NCBI GenBank assembly: GCA_965223155.1
Contig: CBDCVR010000013.1
Location: 1,088,001 to 1,152,000 of the forward strand
Origin: Candidatus Multivoradales bacterium
Lineage (GTDB): Bacteria > Acidobacteriota > Thermoanaerobaculia > Multivoradales > JAHEKO01
DNA: 64,000 bases
Direction of reading: 5' to 3'
Below the pieces are notes generated by a model that made no database searches, was not told the origin of the DNA, and was given only the letters and a program-made list of their open reading frames with translations. Shown piece by piece: positions 47,698 to 57,447 of the stretch (positions are counted from its first letter, which is position 1; each line of letters opens with the position of its first letter). Made by a program: the position numbers and the translations under genes.

Positions 47698-48792
47698 TCA
47701 CGCTCCCGCCGCCTCGGTCAGCGCGGCCAGGAGCCGGTTCAGGTCCTCGATGCCTACGTCACCCATGTGCCCGATACGAAACGTGCCTTCCTGGAACCGG
47801 CCGTACCCGCGCGCGACCGTGAAGCCGGCCGCGCTGACGCGGGCCAGCCATTCGTCCAGATCCAGCTCCGGCGGCGGCACCAAACAACTCACCGTCGGTG
47901 AGGCCACCGCAGGGTCCGAAGCATACTCGAAGCCGGCCCCCCCGGCCCAGGCTCGAGTGGCCTCCAGCATCGTCCGATGCCGGCGCCAGCGCCGCTCCAG
48001 CCCCTCGTCCAGGATCCGGTCGAGCTGGTGGTCGAGGGCGTAGAGCTGTGGCAGGGCCGGAGTCGAGATCGGCCCGTCGTCCCGATGCTTGTCCCGGTAG
48101 CGCAGGACGTCCGTGTAGAAACCCCGAACCGGCTGGGCTTCGGCTCGCTTCTCGAAGCGTTCGGAGGCGCTGAACAGCGCCAGGCCCGGCGGCAGGGCCA
48201 GTGCCTTCTGCGAGGCGGTGACGGCCAGGTCGAGGCCCCAGGCCTCGGTCTCGACCGGCGCGCCCGCCAGTGACGAGACGCAGTCGACCAGGACGAGCGC
48301 GTCACTGCGCTCGCGCACCACCCGGGCCAGCTCGGCCACCGGGTTGAGGACCCCGGTGGAGGTTTCACAGTGCACCAGGGTCACCACCTCGGGCTGGGTT
48401 CGATCGACCGCCTTCGCCAGTCCCTCCGGATCCACCGCCCGGCCCCAGGGCACTTCGTACCGCTCCGGGGCCAGCCCACGCGAGCGCGCGATCGCCAGCC
48501 AGCGCTCGGAGAAGGCACCGTTGGTCACGCTCAGGAGCCGCTCCGGTCCCAGCGAAACCAGCGCCGCCTCCAGCACCAGGGTGGCGCTCGAGGTCGCCAC
48601 CAGCACCGGACGACCAGTTCGGAACACCCTCTGGAGGCGCTCGCCGGACGATCGCCAGAGCCCGCGGATCGCCGGCGACCGGTGGGGAGCGACCGGACGA
48701 ACCATGGCGGCGAGAACCTCCGGGGCCACCCAAGCCGGACCGGGCACGAAGTAGCGAGCCCGCGTCTCGGCGGTGTCCGTCCCCAGCGTCAC
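47698..48792 (-). CDS. Class V PLP aminotransferase (AGAT/serine-pyruvate type; possible SerC substitute)
   Basis: FVPGP, HCETSTG, VDCVSS, ASQKALALPPG, FRIGHMG. Confidence 0.88.
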   Translation of the reverse strand: MTLGTDTAETRARYFVPGPAWVAPEVLAAMVRPVAPHRSPAIRGLWRSSGERLQRVFRTGRPVLVATSSATLVLEAALVSLGPERLLSVTNGAFSERWLAIARSRGLAPERYEVPWGRAVDPEGLAKAVDRTQPEVVTLVHCETSTGVLNPVAELARVVRERSDALVLVDCVSSLAGAPVETEAWGLDLAVTASQKALALPPGLALFSASERFEKRAEAQPVRGFYTDVLRYRDKHRDDGPISTPALPQLYALDHQLDRILDEGLERRWRRHRTMLEATRAWAGGAGFEYASDPAVASPTVSCLVPPPELDLDEWLARVSAAGFTVARGYGRFQEGTFRIGHMGDVGIEDLNRLLAALTEAAGA

Positions 48793-49997
48793 AGCCACCG
48801 CGCGCGCGCCGCCTGGGCATCCGCGTCGTCGCCGTAGAGGAGAAACGGCCGCCGGCGTTCCCGGAACTCGGCTACGTCGGCAGCGAAGCCGGCGAGCCAG
48901 GAATCCAGACCCGCGCCTTCCTCCAAGCTGCGGCGCAGAGCGTCGGATCCGGTCAGGAGATCGATCGCCGGTTGGTCGGTGACGAATTCGTACGGGGCCG
49001 CGCGCCAGGCGAAGTCGGTCGCCAGCTCGGCGAACGCCCGCAGGATCTCAATGCCGGCAACGTACGGCCGCAGAAGGTCGGGCTCGGTAACGAACCAGCG
49101 CACGCCGGCACACACACGGCCACGATGCTTCTGGAACTGGGGCCTGAAGTACACCGGCGCGAAGCGGGCGCCGGCCGCGGCCGTACGGTTGAGCCGCTCG
49201 GCGAGCGCGCGAGCGTCGGTCCCCGGCGAGCCCAAGAGCTCGAAGGGCCGGGTCGTGCCCCGTCCCTCCGAGAGCTCGGTCGCTTCCACCAGACAGGCAC
49301 CCGGATAGATCCAGGCCGTCGCCGGCGTCGGCATATTGGGCGAAGGCGCCACCCAGGGGCGGCCGAGCTCGGCCCAGGTTCGGTTTCGGTTCCAGCCCCC
49401 GATCCGCCACACGCCGAGCCCGGAGCGATCAGCCTCAGATCCGAGTCCGAAAGCCACCAGCTCCGCCAGCGTCAGACCGTGCCGAACCGGCGTCTCGAAA
49501 GCGCCGACGAAGGAGTCCAGGCCCGGGCCGCGCAGATTCCCTTCGATCGCCTCGCCGCCCAGGGGATTCGGCCGGTCCAAGACCCATACCTCGACGCCCC
49601 GGCCGAGCGCCACCTCCGCCGCCCACACGGCGGTCGCCGCGTACGTGTAGTACCGGCTGCCGACGTCCTGGAGATCGATCAGTAGGAGATCCAGATCCGC
49701 GAAGGCTTCGGGGTCCGGCCGGAGCGACTCGACCGAGCTGCCGTAGAGCGAGCGGATGCGCGCTCCCGTCCACGAGTCGGTACCGTCGGCGGCGGCGACC
49801 ATGTCCTGTTCGACGCCGTAGAAGCCGTGCTCGGGGCCAAAGAGCGCCCCAGGCGCTTGCCCGGAGGCCGCGGTCAATGCCAGGTGGATCGGCACCAGCT
49901 CGGCCGTCACCGAGGCGGCGTGGCCCAAGACGCCGTAGCGCCGGCCCGCCAAGCGGCCGGCATCCTCAAGCAACCGGTCGAGGCCGGTGGCGATCAT
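48789..49997 (-). CDS. namZ: Exo-beta-N-acetylmuramidase NamZ (DUF1343)
   Basis: LFGPEHG, DLQDVGSRYYTY, LDRPNP, RHGLT, PSPNMP, SEGRGTTRPFE. Confidence 0.9.
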   Translation of the reverse strand: MIATGLDRLLEDAGRLAGRRYGVLGHAASVTAELVPIHLALTAASGQAPGALFGPEHGFYGVEQDMVAAADGTDSWTGARIRSLYGSSVESLRPDPEAFADLDLLLIDLQDVGSRYYTYAATAVWAAEVALGRGVEVWVLDRPNPLGGEAIEGNLRGPGLDSFVGAFETPVRHGLTLAELVAFGLGSEADRSGLGVWRIGGWNRNRTWAELGRPWVAPSPNMPTPATAWIYPGACLVEATELSEGRGTTRPFELLGSPGTDARALAERLNRTAAAGARFAPVYFRPQFQKHRGRVCAGVRWFVTEPDLLRPYVAGIEILRAFAELATDFAWRAAPYEFVTDQPAIDLLTGSDALRRSLEEGAGLDSWLAGFAADVAEFRERRRPFLLYGDDADAQAARARWL

Positions 49998-50485
49998 GAC
50001 TCGCCGGCTTGGGCGCGCCGGTACGAGCCCGAGGCCCCGCCCCGTTTCGACTCCAACCGAAGGTCGGTCACCACCGCCTCCCGGTCCACCGCCTTGATCA
50101 TGTCGTAGATGGCGAGAGCGGCCGCGGCGCAAGCGGTGAGCGCCTCCATCTCGGCTCCAGTGCGCGCCGTGACCACGACCGTGCTGCGAATGTCGAGTGC
50201 GCCACCAGCGTCCGGCGTAAAGCGAACCGCAACGTCCTCGGGAGCCAGGAGATGAGCCAGGGGAATCCACTCGCCGGTGCGCTTGGCCGCCTGGATGCCC
50301 GCGATGCGCGCGACCGCAAGAGCGTCACCCTTGGGCAGCTCGGTCAGACGCGTCACGGTCTCGGGCCGCATCAGGACGCGGCAGGAAGCCTCCGCAAGGC
50401 GGCGGGTCACGGGCTTGCCCGAAACGTCGACCATCGAGGCCTGTCCTTGAGCGTCGAGATGGCTGAGGGGCTTGTCCTGCGGCAT
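49994..50485 (-). CDS. moaC: Cyclic pyranopterin monophosphate synthase
   Basis: [36 protein letters not shown]. Confidence 0.93.
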   Translation of the reverse strand: MPQDKPLSHLDAQGQASMVDVSGKPVTRRLAEASCRVLMRPETVTRLTELPKGDALAVARIAGIQAAKRTGEWIPLAHLLAPEDVAVRFTPDAGGALDIRSTVVVTARTGAEMEALTACAAAALAIYDMIKAVDREAVVTDLRLESKRGGASGSYRRAQAGES

Positions 50486-50630
50486 CGGTGGACGGCTATC
50501 CGGGTTCTCGATTCGGGCCCGAGCGAGCCGGAGCCGAGAACCCGCATCGTAGCACCGGCTCGCTTCCCGGATACCGGACCGGACCGGATCGGATCAGATC
50601 GGAGAGGGCGGCACTGGTAGCATCGCCGCC

Positions 50631-51356
50631 TTGCCGGATGCTCCCCGATTCCCGACTGCCACCGGCAACGGCGCGGCTCCGGACGGTGGCGGACTCGCCA
50701 TCGTGATTCCCGCGATTAACGAAGCCGGCCAGCTGGGCGCCTGCCTCGAGCGGCTGCCGGCGGCGGCCGAGGTCGTCGTCAGCGACGGCGGCAGCGCCGA
50801 CGACACGGTCGCGATCGCCAAGCGGCACGGCGCCCAGGTGGTCGAGGGCTCCCCCGGGCGCGGCGCTCAGCTCAATCGGGGCGCCCGAGCCGCCGCCGCC
50901 CCGGCCTTGCTTTTCCTCCATGCCGATACCCGCCTGCCGCCGCAAGCGGTCTCCCAGATTCGGGAGATCCTGGACCGTGGCGCGGCCGGCGGAGGCTTCC
51001 GCGTCGCCTTCGCCTCCTCCCGCCCGATCTACCGCCTGGGCTCGGCCATCGTCAACGTACGCACGCGCTTGACGCGGGCGCCGCTGGGCGACCAGGCCCA
51101 GTTCGCCGCTCGGCGGACTTTCGAAGCGGCCCGCGGCTTTCCGGAATGGCCGATCCTCGAAGACCTGGCCTTCATCCGCCGCTTGCGCCGGCAAGGCCCG
51201 GTCCGCATCGCCCCGGGGGCGGTGACCACCTCGACGCGCCGGTTCGAGCGACGGGGCATCGCCCGCACCGTCGCCACGAACTGGCTCATCTTCGCCCTCT
51301 ATTTCGCCGGCGCCGACCCACGGCGGCTCGCCCGCCTGTACCGGAACGTCCGTTGA
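50631..51356 (+). CDS. Family 2 glycosyltransferase (TIGR04283-like)
   Basis: IVIPAINEA, DGGSAD, LFLHADT, GDQ, ILED, TSTRRF. Confidence 0.85.
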   Translation: MPDAPRFPTATGNGAAPDGGGLAIVIPAINEAGQLGACLERLPAAAEVVVSDGGSADDTVAIAKRHGAQVVEGSPGRGAQLNRGARAAAAPALLFLHADTRLPPQAVSQIREILDRGAAGGGFRVAFASSRPIYRLGSAIVNVRTRLTRAPLGDQAQFAARRTFEAARGFPEWPILEDLAFIRRLRRQGPVRIAPGAVTTSTRRFERRGIARTVATNWLIFALYFAGADPRRLARLYRNVR

Positions 51357-51414
51357 CGCGGCCGCCTCGAATCACCTAACTCCGCTTCAACGCGGAAAAA
51401 ATCGGCATCGTCCC

Positions 51415-51423
51415 TGGTATTCT
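51415..51423 (+). promoter_or_regulatory. Extended -10 element upstream of ftsK
   Basis: TGgTATTCT, ending 32 nt before the proposed CTG start. Confidence 0.45.
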
Positions 51424-51455
51424 CGGGGTTCCGAGAACGAATCGGAGACGCCGCC

Positions 51456-53900
51456 CTGCCCGCCGCCAAGAGCAAGAAGAAGCCCACCTCCACCCAGGAC
51501 GCCGGCCTACCGCCGGGCAAGGGCTCGGAGCTCATCGGCATCGGCGCGCTCCTGGCCTCGCTGCTTCTGGCCACCAGCTTCGTGAGCCACCGGCCCGACG
51601 ACCCAAGCCTGCTTTTCCACGCCAGCGACGGTGCCGCGGTGCGCAACTGGATCGGCCCGTTCGGTGCCGAGCTCTCGGCGCTGGCGTTCGGATTCCTGGG
51701 CCTGGCGTGCTTTCTGCTGCCCCTGCTTCTCGCCGTCGGCGCCTGGCGGCGTCTCAAGAAGCACCAGGGACCCAAGGTGTTCGGCCGGGGCCTGGGCGGA
51801 CTCCTCTTGCTGGCGGCGGTGCCCGGACTCTTGCAGCTCGCCATCGGCACCATTCGCTGGCGCGGCATCGACATCGCCGCCGGCGGCGGGCTGGGCGCGG
51901 TGATCGTCTCCAACCTGGAGCGAACGGTCGGTTTCGCCGGAGCCGCCCTGGTGCTGCTGGGCCTGGTCATGGCCGGCTCGGCGCTGGTGATCCAGTCGAC
52001 TCTGGGTGAGCTCATCTCCGGGTGGATCGATCGCGCGCGCTCTACCTCCGAGAGCCTTCGCGACCGCCACACCCGCACGAAGCAGCGCAAGGAGCGGGAC
52101 AAGTCGCGCGAGCGGGTGGTGGCCAAGCACCTGCGGCGGGCCGAGGAACGGCGGGCGGCCAGCGAGGGCGAGCCAGCGGCGCGCGTCGACCTGCCGATCC
52201 GGGTCACGGAGAAAGCCGGTCCCGGAGGCTTCGCCATCCGCAAGGTGACCGGCCCTGTACCGACCACAGAACCGGCCACGGAGCCGGCCAAGCCGGCGGT
52301 AGCGGAGGCCGGAGCGTCTCCGCCGCGCAAGCGGCCGGCGCGCGCGGCCTCCAAGAAGCGCGGCGCCCGGGACCAGGAGCGGATCCCGTTCGACGACAGC
52401 GCGGTGGGGGCGGGCGAGCTGCCCCCGATCAACCTGCTTCAGGTCGAACCGGTCAAGTCCTCGATCGAAGAGACCGAGCTGGTCCGGCTGGGCGAGCTCA
52501 TCCGTACCCGGTGCGCCGAGTTCGGGGTCGAGGGCACGGTCGAAGCGATCACGCCCGGGCCGGTCATCACCGTCTACGAGTTCCAGCCCGCGCCCGGGGT
52601 CAAGGTCAGCCAGATCGTCAACCTTCAGGACGACCTGGCCTTGGCTCTGAAGGCCGAGTCCGTGCGCATCGACCGCTTGCCCGGACGCTCCACGCTCGGC
52701 ATCGAAGTCCCCAACAAGGATCGGGCCGTCATTCGCCTCGGGCATCTCCTGGAGCAGGACACCTTCCGGCGGGCCACGTCCCCCCTGACCATGGCCCTGG
52801 GCACGACGATTCACGGCGAGCCCTACTTCTCGGATCTGGCCACCATGCCCCACCTGCTGGTGGCCGGCGCCACCGGCGCCGGCAAGAGCGTCGGACTGCA
52901 AAGCATGATCACCTCGATCGTGTACAAAGCTCGCCGGGACGAGGTCCAGTTCATCTTCATCGACCCCAAGCGCATCGAGCTGGGCGTCTACAAGAACATC
53001 CCCCACCTCAAGACCGAGGTCGTGGTCGAGCCCAAGAAAGCCTCCTACGCGCTGCGCTGGGCGGTGGCCGAGATGGAGCGCCGCTACCGCCTACTGGCCG
53101 AGGTCCACGTCCGTTCGATCGCTTTCTACAACCAGGCGATCTCGGATCCTTCGGTGCGCGAGCGGCTGGCGCTGTCCGACGGCGACTCGGACGTCCGTAC
53201 CGACGACTTGAAGCCCCTGCCCTACTACGTCGTCATCATCGACGAGCTGGCGGACCTCATGATGGTCGCCTCCTCCGAGGTCGAGGCTTCGATCGCGCGG
53301 CTGGCCCAGATGGCGCGCGCCGTCGGCATCCATCTCATCGTCTCGACTCAGAGACCTTCGGTGGACGTCCTGACCGGCACCATCAAGGCCAACTTCCCGT
53401 GCCGGATCTCGTTTGCCACCGCCACCCGCCACGACTCGCGCACGATCCTGGATCAGGTCGGGGCCGAGAAGCTCCTGGGCAAGGGCGACATGCTCTTCAT
53501 GCCCCCCGGCACCTCCAGGGTCATGCGTCTCCACGGCGCCTACGTCAGCGAGCAAGAAACGGCGGCGCTGGTGCGCTGGCTCAAGAAGCAGGGGACTCCC
53601 GAGCTCGACCCGACGGTTCTGGAGCCCCCGGAAGAAGAGCGCAAGACCGGCGGTGGCGGCTCGGACGACGATGAGCTCTTCGACGAGGCCGCGCGCCTGG
53701 TGGTGGCCGAGCGCCAAGGCTCGGCCAGCTTCCTTCAGCGCCGCATGCGCATCGGGTTTTCCCGCGCCGCGCGCCTGATCGACATCATGGAGCAGGAAGG
53801 CCTGCTGGGCCCGCCGCAGGGCTCGAAGCCGCGGGAAGTGCTGGTGCCAGCCGACTACTTCGAAGAGATCGACGGCGCCCACGGCGAGTTCGAAGCCTAG
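51456..53900 (+). CDS. ftsK: DNA translocase FtsK (4TM, motor and gamma domains), probable CTG start
   Basis: PHLLVAGATGAGKS, IDELADLM, STQRPSVDV, LQRRMRIGFSRAARLID; the first TM helix is upstream of GTG at 51582. Confidence 0.93.
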   Translation: MPAAKSKKKPTSTQDAGLPPGKGSELIGIGALLASLLLATSFVSHRPDDPSLLFHASDGAAVRNWIGPFGAELSALAFGFLGLACFLLPLLLAVGAWRRLKKHQGPKVFGRGLGGLLLLAAVPGLLQLAIGTIRWRGIDIAAGGGLGAVIVSNLERTVGFAGAALVLLGLVMAGSALVIQSTLGELISGWIDRARSTSESLRDRHTRTKQRKERDKSRERVVAKHLRRAEERRAASEGEPAARVDLPIRVTEKAGPGGFAIRKVTGPVPTTEPATEPAKPAVAEAGASPPRKRPARAASKKRGARDQERIPFDDSAVGAGELPPINLLQVEPVKSSIEETELVRLGELIRTRCAEFGVEGTVEAITPGPVITVYEFQPAPGVKVSQIVNLQDDLALALKAESVRIDRLPGRSTLGIEVPNKDRAVIRLGHLLEQDTFRRATSPLTMALGTTIHGEPYFSDLATMPHLLVAGATGAGKSVGLQSMITSIVYKARRDEVQFIFIDPKRIELGVYKNIPHLKTEVVVEPKKASYALRWAVAEMERRYRLLAEVHVRSIAFYNQAISDPSVRERLALSDGDSDVRTDDLKPLPYYVVIIDELADLMMVASSEVEASIARLAQMARAVGIHLIVSTQRPSVDVLTGTIKANFPCRISFATATRHDSRTILDQVGAEKLLGKGDMLFMPPGTSRVMRLHGAYVSEQETAALVRWLKKQGTPELDPTVLEPPEEERKTGGGGSDDDELFDEAARLVVAERQGSASFLQRRMRIGFSRAARLIDIMEQEGLLGPPQGSKPREVLVPADYFEEIDGAHGEFEA

Positions 53901-54013
53901 CGCGGCCGGCTCTCACGGCGATTCGCGGCAAGACGGTCGGAGCCGGCGTCCCGGACGCCGTAGTTACAACTCGAAGCCGAACCGACCCCGGCGCTTCACG
54001 CTACGATCACGCG

Positions 54014-55090
54014 GTGAGCGCGACCAACGGCCAGAGCGGCCAGCCGGGGCTATCGGAGGCGTCGGAGGCGTCTCAGACGTCCGGGTCGGCCCAGCCGGCT
54101 GAGCGGACCGAGTTGGACGAGTCGATCGAGCCCGTTGAGCTGATCGAGACAGGCCCGGTTGTCTTCTTCGGCACACCGGACTTCGCGGTGCCTACGCTCG
54201 AAGCGCTGGCTGAGTCCCGGTTCCGCCCGGCTCTCGTGGTGAGCCAGCCGTCGCGGCCGGCCGGGCGCGGCCGGCGCCTGGTCCGTCCGCCGGCGGCCCG
54301 CAGGGCCCGCGAGCTCGCGCTTCCCTGCCGGCAGGTTCGCAGCGTCCGGCGCAAGGCCTTCGCCGCCGGCCTGGCCGAGATCGATCCCTGGGTGTTCGTG
54401 GTCGTCGCTTTCGGCCAGATCCTCCCCCAGCGCCTGCTCGACGTCCCCAAGCTGGGCTCGATCAACGTCCACGCCTCGCTCCTGCCTCGATACCGGGGCG
54501 CGGCGCCGATCCAGGCCGCGATCGCGGCCGGCGATCGCGTCACCGGAGTGACGACCATGCTCATGGACGCGGGTCTCGACACCGGACCGACCCTGGCGCG
54601 CCGCGAGATTCCGATCGGCCCCGACGAGCTCGCCCCCGAGCTCTCGACCCGGCTCGCCGGGGCCGGCGCCGAGCTGCTGATCGAGACCCTGGAGGGTCTG
54701 GCTTCCGCGACCCTCCAGCCCCAGCCGCAGGACGGCGCCCAGGCCAGCGTGGCTCCGCGCCTTTCCCGCGCCGACGGCGAGGTTTCCTGGGAGCTCACAG
54801 CGCGCCAAATCTACGACCGGTTCCGCGCCCATCAACCGTGGCCCGGCACACGAACCGAGTTTCGCGGCGAAACGGTGACCATCGACGGCTGCCGGCCGTC
54901 GGTGGCGACCCACCCGGAGGCCGCTTCCGGAACCGTGCTCGAGACCTCGCCCGAGCTAGCCGTTGCTTGCGGCCGGGGGACCGTCCTGGTCCTCGGAGCG
55001 CTCCAGCGCCCTGGCCGCCGCTCGCTCGCGGCCACCGACTTCGTCAACGGCGAGCGGGTCGTCGCCGGCGACCGGTTCGGCCTGTCGTGA
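54014..55090 (+). CDS. fmt: Methionyl-tRNA formyltransferase
   Basis: FFGTPDFA, INVHASLLPRYRGAAPI, MDAGLDTG. Confidence 0.95.
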   Translation: MSATNGQSGQPGLSEASEASQTSGSAQPAERTELDESIEPVELIETGPVVFFGTPDFAVPTLEALAESRFRPALVVSQPSRPAGRGRRLVRPPAARRARELALPCRQVRSVRRKAFAAGLAEIDPWVFVVVAFGQILPQRLLDVPKLGSINVHASLLPRYRGAAPIQAAIAAGDRVTGVTTMLMDAGLDTGPTLARREIPIGPDELAPELSTRLAGAGAELLIETLEGLASATLQPQPQDGAQASVAPRLSRADGEVSWELTARQIYDRFRAHQPWPGTRTEFRGETVTIDGCRPSVATHPEAASGTVLETSPELAVACGRGTVLVLGALQRPGRRSLAATDFVNGERVVAGDRFGLS

Positions 55091-56451
55091 GCGCGGCACG
55101 GCGATTGGGAGATCCTCGGCGGCTGGCCGCCAACAGTCTCACCCGCGCTTTGCGCTCGAAAGCGCCGGTCGAGGTCCTGGATCCGATCTCGGCGCCGGCA
55201 AGGCCAGCCGCCGCCGAGGCTTCCTTGCGCGACGCCGATCGCCGCCTGGTGGTCGAACTCGTCCTCGGCACCTTGCGCTGGCTCCGACGCATCGACGCCA
55301 TCCTGGAAGAAGCGTCGGGCAAGCCGGTCGTCAAGATCGACGCCAACGCGCTGCCTCATCTGCGCCTGGCCGTCTACCAGCTCCTGTTCCTGGATCGGAT
55401 CCCGGCCTACGCCGCCGTCCACAGTGCGGTCGCCGCCACCCGCGACCGCTCTCGTCGGGCGGCGGGGTTTGTCAACGCGGTGCTGCGCAAGGTCGCCGCC
55501 CGGCGCCGCGTCGAGGACTGGCCGCTCCCGGCCGAAGACCCGCGCACCCGGCTCGCCATCGAGACCAGCTATCCGGATCTTCTCGCCGGCCGCCTGATCG
55601 AGCAATTCGGCCTCGACGCCGCCCGCGCGGTACTCGAGGCCGGCAACCTGAGGCGTCGGAACCAACTCCTGTGCCTGGGTCCCCGGGAAGCGATCGCGGC
55701 CGAGCTCGCCGCCAGCGGAGTCCCGGTCGAGCCGGCCGCACTTACCCCGACTGGACTGACGGTAGTGCGGGGCTCAGTCCCGGCGACCGAAGCCTTCCGC
55801 GCCGGCCGTGTCTACATTCAGGACGCCGCCAGTCAAGCCGCCGCGCTGGTGCCCTGGCCCACGCCGGGCGAACGCATCCTGGACGTGGCCGCCGCGCCCG
55901 GCGGCAAGAGCTTCGCCCTGGCCGCGGCCGAGCCGCTGGTACGGCTCACCGCCTGCGACCGATCGATGGCCCGCCTGGCCCGCCTGGACGCCAATCGCCG
56001 GCGCCTGGGTCTGGACGTTCGCTGCTTCGCGGGCGATGCCGCCGAGCTCGGCTGCCTCGCCGGGCAGGCCTCTTTCGACCGGGTGGTGGCGGATCTCCCG
56101 TGCTCGGGCTCGGGCACGATCGCGCGTCACCCCGAGCTCAAGTGGCGGATTTCGGCCGACGAGCTCCGGCGCCTCGCCAGTGCCGGACTGGCCCTGCTGG
56201 GAGCAGCCGCGAGGCAGGTACGACCCGGCGGCCGCCTTTGCGCCCTGACCTGTTCCATCCTGGCGGCCGAGAACGAGGAAGTCGTCCAGGCCTTTCTCAC
56301 GAACCGAAACGACTTTGCGCTGGAGCCGCTCGAAGACCTGCCCGAGCCCTTCCGCCATGGCGTCGCCGGACCGGGGCTCTGGCGGGTGCTGCCCAGCGCC
56401 GACCACGACGGCTTCACCGTGCACGTGCTGCGTCGCCAGCAGGCACCCTAG
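55087..56451 (+). CDS. rsmB: 16S rRNA m5C967 methyltransferase (NusB-like domain plus Sun)
   Basis: LRLAVYQL, GFVNAVLR, IQDAASQ, AAPGGKS, DLPCSG, TCS; GTGA overlap with fmt. Confidence 0.9.
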   Translation: MSAARRLGDPRRLAANSLTRALRSKAPVEVLDPISAPARPAAAEASLRDADRRLVVELVLGTLRWLRRIDAILEEASGKPVVKIDANALPHLRLAVYQLLFLDRIPAYAAVHSAVAATRDRSRRAAGFVNAVLRKVAARRRVEDWPLPAEDPRTRLAIETSYPDLLAGRLIEQFGLDAARAVLEAGNLRRRNQLLCLGPREAIAAELAASGVPVEPAALTPTGLTVVRGSVPATEAFRAGRVYIQDAASQAAALVPWPTPGERILDVAAAPGGKSFALAAAEPLVRLTACDRSMARLARLDANRRRLGLDVRCFAGDAAELGCLAGQASFDRVVADLPCSGSGTIARHPELKWRISADELRRLASAGLALLGAAARQVRPGGRLCALTCSILAAENEEVVQAFLTNRNDFALEPLEDLPEPFRHGVAGPGLWRVLPSADHDGFTVHVLRRQQAP

Positions 56452-56474
56452 CGGCACTAGCCGGAGAACGCCCG

Positions 56475-57269
56475 CTAGGTCAGATCGCGCGCGGACCGCC
56501 AGAGCGCCACGAAACCCTCGGGCGGGACCGTCTCGGCGCGCGCACCGGCATCGATTCCGGCCGCCGCCAGCGCCGTCTCCGCCCGCTCCCGTCCCCACAC
56601 CGAACCCAGCGCGTTGCGCAGGGTCTTGCGCCGTTGCCCGAAGGCGGCATGCAGGACGGCTTCGAGCTCGTCGAACCTCTCGGGCGGCACCGGCAGCGGC
56701 CGCGGCCGCAGGCCCACCACGGCGCTCCAGACCTTGGGCGGCGGCCGGAAGCTTCCCGGCGCGACCTTGCGCAAGATCTCGACCTCGGCGGCCAGTCCGG
56801 CCACGACCGAAAGCGCTCCGTAGTCGCGCGAGCCCGGACCGGCGGCCAGGCGCTCGGCGACTTCGAGCTGCACCATGAATCCCAGCCGCTCCGGAGGCGG
56901 ACGGAGCGGCAGCAGGCGCCGGATCAATGCCGTCGCGATCTGGTACGGCAGGTTCCCGGTCACCAACGACCCTTCAGGCAGCCGGGACCAGGCGACGTCC
57001 ATCGCGTCGCCGATCGCCAGCCGGCCGGCAAGACGCGGCTCGGCCTCGGCCAGCCGGAAGGCCCATGCCGGGTCGAGCTCGAGGGCGACCAAACGGGCGC
57101 CTGCGTCCAGCAACCTGGCTGTGAGAACACCACCGCCCGGACCGATTTCGACCACCGGCCTGTCCGGGACCTCCAAGAAGTCCACCAGCGGGTCCAGGAT
57201 CTCGGCCTGGACCAAGTGGTGCTGGCCCAAGGCCTTGAGCAAAGGCGGGTGCAGCGGCAGGTGGCTCAC
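56475..57269 (-). CDS. rsmA: 16S rRNA m6,2A dimethyltransferase KsgA
   Basis: LGQHHL, VEIGPGGGVLT, GNLPY, QLEVAERL, FRPPPKV, QRRKTLRN. Confidence 0.93.
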   Translation of the reverse strand: MSHLPLHPPLLKALGQHHLVQAEILDPLVDFLEVPDRPVVEIGPGGGVLTARLLDAGARLVALELDPAWAFRLAEAEPRLAGRLAIGDAMDVAWSRLPEGSLVTGNLPYQIATALIRRLLPLRPPPERLGFMVQLEVAERLAAGPGSRDYGALSVVAGLAAEVEILRKVAPGSFRPPPKVWSAVVGLRPRPLPVPPERFDELEAVLHAAFGQRRKTLRNALGSVWGRERAETALAAAGIDAGARAETVPPEGFVALWRSARDLT

Positions 57270-57401
57270 GGAACGAGAAAGGTGTCAGAATGGCGCGCGT
57301 TTCGCACGAGGGCTCGCTCGGGCCGCGCTTTGGGGAGCATAGCGCGCGGCTCGGAAGGCTCCGCGAGACAGTCCAGGCTACGGCCGGGCGGTGCCGGGTT
57401 T

Positions 57402-57418
57402 CTGGCACTACGCTTGCA
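57402..57418 (+). promoter_or_regulatory. Sigma54 (-24/-12) promoter of the MoxR-Bat operon
   Basis: CTGGCACTACGCTTGCA matches TGGCAC-N5-TTGCW with exact GG-N10-GC spacing. Confidence 0.7.
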
Positions 57419-57447
57419 AATTTCGACGCCGTCACAAGGAGCCCCGT

